In this document: in pieces, positions 57,492 through 64,000 of the stretch | How the letters are laid out: each line of letters starts with the position of its first letter | Position numbering within the stretch: position 1 is the first letter of the stretch | Source: a virus | IMG/VR virus record: IMGVR_UViG_3300027608_000013 | Direction: 5' to 3' (one strand) | Length of the DNA stretch: 64,000 nucleotides | Notes under the pieces: generated by a model | Told to the model about the DNA's origin: nothing | Database searches by the model: none | Seen by the model: only the letters and a program-made list of their open reading frames with translations | Made by a program: the position numbers and the translations under genes

Positions 57492-57868
57492 AAAAATTAC
57501 TAGTTATATTATTATTTCCTATATTTAGTTTCACTCAAATAATTCCTGATACATGTTTTACAGAACAAGAATTGCATGATATATCTGCTACAATTGATTC
57601 ACTTTGGCACGTAGATGAAATAAATACTGAAATAATTGCAAATCAACAACTTATTATCAAAAAACAAAAATCTGTTATGTACTTAGATTCCGTACAGATT
57701 GCGTTACAATATCAACAAGTTGCATTGTTACAAACAAATATTGATTTATATGTTCAACGTGAAAAACGTTTACAACCAAAATGGTATGATAATAAAAACA
57801 TATGGTTTGGATTAGGAATTATAACTTCAATTGGTTCTGGAATATTAATTAACGAACTAACAAAATAA
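57488..57868 (+). CDS. signal peptide, coiled coil and C-terminal hydrophobic segment (possible spanin partner)
   Basis: MKKLLVILLFPIFSFT|Q; PKWY...WFGLGII. Confidence 0.5.
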   Translation: MKKLLVILLFPIFSFTQIIPDTCFTEQELHDISATIDSLWHVDEINTEIIANQQLIIKKQKSVMYLDSVQIALQYQQVALLQTNIDLYVQREKRLQPKWYDNKNIWFGLGIITSIGSGILINELTK

Positions 57869-57869
57869 T

Positions 57870-59447
57870 ATGTCTCAACTAACAATAAAACAGATTATTC
57901 AGCAACAATACCAAATGTGTGCTAAAGATCCTGTGTTTTTTATGAGACAATATTGTTACATACAACATCCTAAAAAAGGAAAGATAAAATTTAATTTATT
58001 TCCATTTCAGGAAGACTCATTAACTGAATTACGTGATAATCGATATAGCGTAATATTAAAATCTAGACAATTAGGAATATCAACTCTATCAGCTGGATTC
58101 GCACTATGGAGTATGTTATTTAATGAAGATTTCAATGTACTTGTTATTGCAACAACACAAGAAGTAGCAAAAAACTTAGTAACTAAAGTGCGAGTAATGC
58201 ACGATAATTTGCCAAGTTGGTTAAAGGGTACCATTGAAGCTGACAATAAACTTTCTCTGAAATTTCGAAATGGGTCACAAATTAAAGCAGTATCATCCGC
58301 AACAACCGGTGCACGTTCAGAAGCATTATCATTGTTGATTATAGATGAAGCTGCCTTTATTAGGAACATTGAAGAAATATGGATAGCATCACAAGCAACC
58401 CTATCAACGGGCGGCGGCGCAATAGTTCTTTCAACACCTAATGGGATTGGTAACTGGTTTCACCAAACATGGGCAGATGCAGAAGCTGCAATCAATGGTT
58501 TCCATACAATTAAATTGCATTGGACCGTCCATCCGGAACGCGATCAACCATGGCGGGATCAACAAACCCAATTATTGGGCGAACGCGGAGCTGCTCAAGA
58601 ATGTGACTGTGACTTTATTTCATCTGGGCATACTGTAATTGATGGCTCTATATTAATAGAATTTGATGAAAAATGTACGGACCCAATTGAAAAACGAGGA
58701 TATGACAATGCATATTGGATTTGGGAATATCCGGACTATGCGCGCGATTATATGGTAATTGCTGACGTTGCTCGAGGTGATGGTGGTGACTGGTCAACAT
58801 TCCATGTTATAGATACATTGGATGTACGACAAGTAGCAGAATACAAAGGAAAACTTCCTCCCAATGATTTTGGAAACATGTTAGTAACAGTTGCTACAGA
58901 ATGGAACAATGCATTGCTAGCAATTGAAAATGCAAACATAGGTTGGGCTGCAATTCAACCAGCATTAGATAGAGGCTATCAAAATCTATTTTATACATAT
59001 AAAGATGATGGATATACTGATGCAGATGTACAATTAAAAAAAGGTTATGATATGAAAGATAAGAGCCAAATGGTTCCTGGAGTATCAACAACCACACGTA
59101 CACGTCCATTAATGATATCAGCACTTGAAATGTATATGCGAGAACGAACTCCTGTAATTAGATCAAAACGTTTAATACAAGAATTGTTTGTATTTATTTG
59201 GTTGAATGGAAAAGCTCAATCACAAAGTGGTTATAATGATGACCTTGTAATGGCATTCTGTATTGGATTATGGTTACGCGATACTTCACTTAAATTGCGA
59301 CAACAAGGTATTGAACTTAATAAACGTGCTTTATCACATTTCAAAAAATCAGATCCGGTTATATATACGAACAGCCAGAAACGACAAGATACTGGTTGGT
59401 CATGGAACAATGGTAATGATGACGAAAGTTTAACTTGGTTGTTATAA
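57870..59447 (+). CDS. terL: terminase large subunit (T4 gp17-like)
   Basis: KSRQLGIST Walker A, LLIIDEAAF Walker B, LSTPNG, ADVARG, NDDLVMA. Confidence 0.95.
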   Translation: MSQLTIKQIIQQQYQMCAKDPVFFMRQYCYIQHPKKGKIKFNLFPFQEDSLTELRDNRYSVILKSRQLGISTLSAGFALWSMLFNEDFNVLVIATTQEVAKNLVTKVRVMHDNLPSWLKGTIEADNKLSLKFRNGSQIKAVSSATTGARSEALSLLIIDEAAFIRNIEEIWIASQATLSTGGGAIVLSTPNGIGNWFHQTWADAEAAINGFHTIKLHWTVHPERDQPWRDQQTQLLGERGAAQECDCDFISSGHTVIDGSILIEFDEKCTDPIEKRGYDNAYWIWEYPDYARDYMVIADVARGDGGDWSTFHVIDTLDVRQVAEYKGKLPPNDFGNMLVTVATEWNNALLAIENANIGWAAIQPALDRGYQNLFYTYKDDGYTDADVQLKKGYDMKDKSQMVPGVSTTTRTRPLMISALEMYMRERTPVIRSKRLIQELFVFIWLNGKAQSQSGYNDDLVMAFCIGLWLRDTSLKLRQQGIELNKRALSHFKKSDPVIYTNSQKRQDTGWSWNNGNDDESLTWLL

Positions 59448-59495
59448 AAATCACCATGGTTCTATAATTAGTTATATTTATATTAAAAATAATAT

Positions 59496-61331
59496 ATGGC
59501 ATCATTAAGAAAACGATTACAAAATCTATTTGCTACAAACGTTATCGTTCGGGCATATGGAAAAGACCAACTTAAAGTTATAGATACCAACCGTTTACAA
59601 TCAATGGGTAATCTAAATCAAACTAAAGTTGCTGACAGATATACTCGATTGCATGGTTCAAATCGTCATCGTGTTGGCGGGAATGGCGGATATGATTCAA
59701 ATTATTATATGCATCAAAATCGTATGCAGTTATATACTGATTACGAAATGATGGATAAAGATCCAATCATAAGTGCTGCATTAGATATTTATGCAGATGA
59801 ATCAACTCTAGCAGATCAATTTGGCGATATGCTAACTATTAAAACAAATAATACTAAAATACAAAAAATACTTTATAATTTATTTTATGATGTATTAAAC
59901 ATAGAATTTAATCTTTGGCCATGGATTAGAAACATGACTAAGTATGGTGATTTCTTTTTAAAACTTGATATTGCTAATGAATTAGGAGTTATTAATGCTC
60001 GTCCTTTTTCTAGTTACGAAGTAGAACGTTGGGAAGAATTTGCTGAAGATACTGGAGAATATAAAATTAAATTTCGTCACGCTTCTAGTCCAGGATTAAT
60101 GTATGATGTATTTGAAGTAGCACATTTTCGAATGTTATCAGATTCAAACTTTTTGCCGTACGGTAAATCAATGTTAGAAGGTGCTCGTAAAGAATTTCAA
60201 AAATTAACAATGCTTGAAGATGCAATGCTTATTCATAGAATAATGCGAGCACCAGAAAAACGTATATTTAAAATTGATATTGGTAATATTCCACCAAATG
60301 AAGTAGATACATTCATGGAACAAGTTATCAATAAAATGAAAAAAATTCCTCACGTTGATGCTCAAACAGGCAATTATAATTTGAAATTCAATTTGAACAA
60401 CATGTTGGAAGATTATTATTTGCCAGTTCGAGGAGGGCAATCATCTACATCAATCGACACATTACCGGGTATGACTTTTACGGGTATTGATGATATCAAT
60501 TACGTTAAAGACAAAATGATGGCTGCTCTTAAAATTCCTAAACCATTTTTAGGATATGCTGAAGCAGTAGAAGGTAAAACTACCTTAGCTTCAATGGATA
60601 TACGATTTGCTAGAACAATTGAACGTATCCAAAAAATTGTTACGTCTGAATTATATAAAATTGCAATTGTACATTTATATGCACAAGGATTTGAAGGTGA
60701 GGAATTAGTTGGATTTGAATTAGAATTAACAGCACCGTCAATTGTATATGATCAACAAAAAGTTGCATTAATGACAGAAAAAATGACATTAGCAACATCG
60801 ATGAAAGATTCAAAATTAGTTTCAGATAAATACATATATGAATTCATATTTAACATGTCCGAAGAACAATGGTTATCAGAACGTACCAATGTTATTGAAG
60901 ATTTAAAATTGCGTTTTCGTCAAAATCAACTTGAACAAGAAGGTAATGATCCAGCTGTAACGGGAGTATCATATGGTACACCACACGATTTAGCATCAAT
61001 GCATATGAGTTCAGATGATGTTGAAGAAAAAGATAAAGGCGGCCGTCCAAAAGAAGGAATTAAATTTGGTCAACATAAGAATGCATTCGGATGGGATCCA
61101 ACGGGCAAAAAAGAAATTGATCAATCATTTGATTCTGAAAATCAAAAATCGGCATTTCTACCAGATCCGCGAAGAGAACGCAAATTAGATTTAGCACACG
61201 AAAATGTTATAAAAATAATGAAAAATTCTAAATATACAAAAACATCTAATATTATTTTAGAATCATTAGAAAAACCTAATCCAGCTGATTTCGATGCAGG
61301 AACATTATTAGATGAAAATAATATTTTATAA
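59496..61331 (+). CDS. portal protein (T4 gp20-like)
   Basis: LEDAMLIHRIMRAPEKRIFKIDIGN, MLEDYYLPVRG, IDTLPG. Confidence 0.93.
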   Translation: MASLRKRLQNLFATNVIVRAYGKDQLKVIDTNRLQSMGNLNQTKVADRYTRLHGSNRHRVGGNGGYDSNYYMHQNRMQLYTDYEMMDKDPIISAALDIYADESTLADQFGDMLTIKTNNTKIQKILYNLFYDVLNIEFNLWPWIRNMTKYGDFFLKLDIANELGVINARPFSSYEVERWEEFAEDTGEYKIKFRHASSPGLMYDVFEVAHFRMLSDSNFLPYGKSMLEGARKEFQKLTMLEDAMLIHRIMRAPEKRIFKIDIGNIPPNEVDTFMEQVINKMKKIPHVDAQTGNYNLKFNLNNMLEDYYLPVRGGQSSTSIDTLPGMTFTGIDDINYVKDKMMAALKIPKPFLGYAEAVEGKTTLASMDIRFARTIERIQKIVTSELYKIAIVHLYAQGFEGEELVGFELELTAPSIVYDQQKVALMTEKMTLATSMKDSKLVSDKYIYEFIFNMSEEQWLSERTNVIEDLKLRFRQNQLEQEGNDPAVTGVSYGTPHDLASMHMSSDDVEEKDKGGRPKEGIKFGQHKNAFGWDPTGKKEIDQSFDSENQKSAFLPDPRRERKLDLAHENVIKIMKNSKYTKTSNIILESLEKPNPADFDAGTLLDENNIL

Positions 61332-61360
61332 CATATTTATTTAAAAAGTATCGTATTGAT

Positions 61361-62215
61361 ATGAAAAAACTAAAACATTCGAAGTATAAAAATACCGGCA
61401 TTCTTTTTGAAATGTTAGTACGAAAACTAACTTCAGAAACATTAACGTCAGACAAATCAATTACTATTGATATTATAAAAAAATATTTTGGTAGAAATAC
61501 TGAATTATCAAAAGAATTACAATTGTATAATGCATTGATTAAAGAACAACATAAAACCGAAGCACGTGCATTGGATTATATGCGTACAGTGAAAGCTGCT
61601 CATTCTAAATTAAATCATAATACATTAAAACGGCAAAAATATAATTTAGTTAAAGAAATTTCTGATAATTTTATATTTGAAAATATGTCTAAAATGCATA
61701 TAAACAATTACAAAGAATTGGCATCAATTTACATGTTATTTGAATATGATGAAACTGATAACCCAAAACAAGTAATGGCGTGTAAAACAGTTTTACTTGA
61801 ACACGCTTTGCCTAAGTCTAAGTTAGTCGAACAACGTGATCCAGTAATGGAATCATTTGAAAAACAAGATAAAGATATTCGGTTATTGACATATAAATTG
61901 CTTGTTGATAAATTTAATACTACATATTCTAGTGTATTATCTGAATCACAAAAACAATTGTTAAACAAATATATTACACACGTTAATGATACTGAAGCAC
62001 TTAAGGAATATGTACAAAAGATAATACCTACGATTAAAACAAAATTATCCAATCATTCTAAACATATTACAGATAAAGTAGTTAAGATTAAAATAGAAAA
62101 ACTATCAGAAATGCTTTGCAATGTTGAAACAATAAAAAAATTAAAAGAATCACATATATTAAACTTGATGCGATATATGGATTTAGTTGATGAATTAAAT
62201 GAGATACATAAATGA
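61361..62215 (+). CDS. head-cluster hypothetical protein
   Basis: KHSKYKNTGILFE; lies between portal and protease. Confidence 0.75.
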   Translation: MKKLKHSKYKNTGILFEMLVRKLTSETLTSDKSITIDIIKKYFGRNTELSKELQLYNALIKEQHKTEARALDYMRTVKAAHSKLNHNTLKRQKYNLVKEISDNFIFENMSKMHINNYKELASIYMLFEYDETDNPKQVMACKTVLLEHALPKSKLVEQRDPVMESFEKQDKDIRLLTYKLLVDKFNTTYSSVLSESQKQLLNKYITHVNDTEALKEYVQKIIPTIKTKLSNHSKHITDKVVKIKIEKLSEMLCNVETIKKLKESHILNLMRYMDLVDELNEIHK

Positions 62216-62970
62216 AATCATTCTTACAACAAATAGAAGAAGCATTTGAAGCTGTTGATCAAACTAATGATATCATCGATGATCTTGCTAATCACGTAAA
62301 TCATTTACCTGATGAAGATATGGAACTAGAAGAAATATCAACTTCTGCAGGCGCCGGGTCATATATGACGCCTAATGCATTTGCAAAAGCAGACGATGAT
62401 ACAGTTGAAGTACTAGGAATGAAACGGGTTAAAAATGTACGAGAAGGTATTAATACTCCTCCAACTTATCGTCCAGGAGAATATCAAAAACCAGAATCTT
62501 CCGAAGAAGAATACATGGATAAATTTCCATTTGCAGATGATGAACGGAAATGGCAACATGCAAAATTTAAGTATCCAACAGAACCATTAGTAGACAAATA
62601 TAGAAAATATAGCGATCGTCCTGCACACGTAACGGAAAAATCAAGTGTTGAATATGATTGGTCAGGTGTAAAAAATAAAACTAATGAAAGTGTATATGAA
62701 ACGATGGATGGCAAATATGAACAACTTATTGAATCATATCGCAATTTCAAAAAAGGTGATGTAAAACCATCTAGCAAAGTAAAACAAACAATACAAGAAA
62801 TTGCAATAAAACTTCGCGAAATAGAAACATTAGTAAGTTACAATTCACGTTTAAAAACAGAATCCGGAGTTACTTCATCAAATTATGGCCCATCAACAAA
62901 CAAAGCATTGAATAAGATATCTGAACGATTAATAAAAATATCAGAACGTGTAAGAGCATTAGGAGAGTAA
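62212..62970 (+). CDS. putative prohead core protein
   Basis: Multiple LxE/IxE sites; position before the protease. Confidence 0.55.
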   Translation: MKSFLQQIEEAFEAVDQTNDIIDDLANHVNHLPDEDMELEEISTSAGAGSYMTPNAFAKADDDTVEVLGMKRVKNVREGINTPPTYRPGEYQKPESSEEEYMDKFPFADDERKWQHAKFKYPTEPLVDKYRKYSDRPAHVTEKSSVEYDWSGVKNKTNESVYETMDGKYEQLIESYRNFKKGDVKPSSKVKQTIQEIAIKLREIETLVSYNSRLKTESGVTSSNYGPSTNKALNKISERLIKISERVRALGE

Positions 62971-62971
62971 T

Positions 62972-63601
62972 ATGTCAAAGCAGTTAATAGTAGAATATAT
63001 GCCATTTAAACCAATAGGTTCATTAAATGAGCAAAATGGTGCTGAATATGGAATTCCTGGTGGTATTGTAGTTCAAGGAGTATTGCAACGTGCTGGTGCT
63101 AAAAATCAAAATGGCAGAGTATATCCTAAAAATATATTGATGCGCGAGTGTCAAAGATATCAACGAGAATATATTGACCAACATAGAGCCCTAGGCGAGT
63201 TAGATCATCCCGAATCATCGGTAGTCAATTTAAACAACGTATCTCACAATGTTTTAAAAATATGGTGGAATGGAGATGATTTATTAGGCGCAGTTCAAAT
63301 TTTAGAAACGCCATCGGGTAATATTTTAAAGTCACTGTTTAAAGCAGGAATTACTTTAGGTATTTCTAGTAGAGGATTGGGATCAGTTAAAGAATTACGT
63401 AATGAAGGCGTAGTCGAAGTGCAAGAAGATTTTGAATTAATTTGTTGGGACTTCGTATCAAATCCATCAACTCAAGGTGCTTTTATGCGTCCTACGGGAA
63501 TGAATGAATCAACGGATAAAAGTATAACAACAAACAAATATAGTGGCGTAAATAGTATTATTACGTCAATTTTATGTGATGATGGAAAATGTAGGATATA
63601 A
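62972..63601 (+). CDS. prohead core protease (T4 gp21-like)
   Basis: NQNGRVYP, ALGELDHP, VSH, GISSRGLGS, DFVSNPS. Confidence 0.93.
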   Translation: MSKQLIVEYMPFKPIGSLNEQNGAEYGIPGGIVVQGVLQRAGAKNQNGRVYPKNILMRECQRYQREYIDQHRALGELDHPESSVVNLNNVSHNVLKIWWNGDDLLGAVQILETPSGNILKSLFKAGITLGISSRGLGSVKELRNEGVVEVQEDFELICWDFVSNPSTQGAFMRPTGMNESTDKSITTNKYSGVNSIITSILCDDGKCRI

Positions 63602-63605
63602 TAAT

Positions 63606-64000
63606 ATGAAAAAAAGTAATTTAGACATCGTAAGAAATCTTTGGTTAGGCGAACAAGCAACACCTAAACAAACAGTTTTTAGCGAAAAAGAGCAACCAGT
63701 AACAATTGACGATAAAAGAGCATTTGCTGAAGCGTTGAATTCATTTTCCGCAATGGCTGAAACTATTGCTGCGAGGGGACAACGTTTACAAGAAGCAGTA
63801 CAACGAGTAACAAAAGTGGTAGAAACCGCAAATAGATTAGTTACAGAATCAGATGATGATTTAGTTGAAAAAGTAGCAGCTGGTCGACATATGAAATTAA
63901 TTGAAGGTGCATTAAAAGATTTTCAAAGATCAGCAAATGAAGTAATGATTCATGAACGTCGAATGGAAGCTGCATATCAAGACATTTCAGAAGGCTTGAA
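63606..64000 (+). CDS. partial ORF running off the window (head cluster)
   Basis: Read by hand, MKKSNLDIVRNLWLGEQ...; open to the end of the window. Confidence 0.65.
   Translation, partial: MKKSNLDIVRNLWLGEQATPKQTVFSEKEQPVTIDDKRAFAEALNSFSAMAETIAARGQRLQEAVQRVTKVVETANRLVTESDDDLVEKVAAGRHMKLIEGALKDFQRSANEVMIHERRMEAAYQDISEGL

Larger units (their letters stand above)
12128..61340. promoter_or_regulatory. putative late promoter NATATTTAT, ~18 intergenic copies
   Basis: At 12128, 14351, 17274, 19871, 20689, 26959, 29114, 31464, 34314, 39835, 41850, 44042, 50558, 53606, 55653, 59473 and 61332 on +, and at 25843-25851 on - ahead of the only minus-strand gene. Confidence 0.7.

Noticed and set aside
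1-64000. Numerous short minus-strand ORFs, tRNA genes, stop-codon reassignment, reverse transcriptase/DGR, introns or inteins
   Set aside because: The minus ORFs overlap well-supported plus genes. No tRNA cloverleaf was recognised. Core genes are intact under the standard code with normal lengths. No RT motifs or interrupted core genes were seen by eye.

Overview
This is 64 kb of an AT-rich, T4-like (myovirus) phage genome with almost all genes on the + strand. The host is most likely a Bacteroidota/Flavobacteriales cell, judged from TAnnTTT-type promoters, DUF4494-like and Hc1-like genes, and signal peptides ending before Gln. Layout: (1) 1-3.2 kb holds small hypothetical ORFs. (2) 3.2-4.5 kb is a non-coding block with ~14 helically phased CTATTTTTAG repeats, a 29-aa membrane peptide, a four-hairpin structured RNA and tandem DnaA-type boxes. 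(3) 4.5-11.9 kb is an array of ~19 small early genes, including a sigma-70 factor and an AAA+ ATPase. Most have their own copy of one of two rigidly spaced promoters, and nearly all share an A-rich (TA)AGAGA(G) leader before the ATG. A G/C-run hairpin cluster closes the array. (4) 12-29 kb carries accessory genes: kinase, multidomain lysozyme, ferritin-like protein, methyltransferase, UvsE, HD hydrolase and a gp55-like late sigma. (5) 29-64 kb carries baseplate/tail genes, resolvase, primase, a fused Mre11-Rad50, terminase, portal and prohead protease. The best candidate for an undescribed system is a phage small RNA (~4249-4426) whose two terminal hairpin loops both display UUCACUCUCUUAUUU, the reverse complement of the early-gene leader/start region. 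That suggests one RNA switches translation of the whole early regulon. The second candidate is a recurrent N-terminal 'MIRLKxLLxE' tag. It resembles a capsid-targeting/prohead-protease signal on many unrelated cargo enzymes, some arranged as polyproteins. All functional calls come from motif recognition by eye; no database searches were run.
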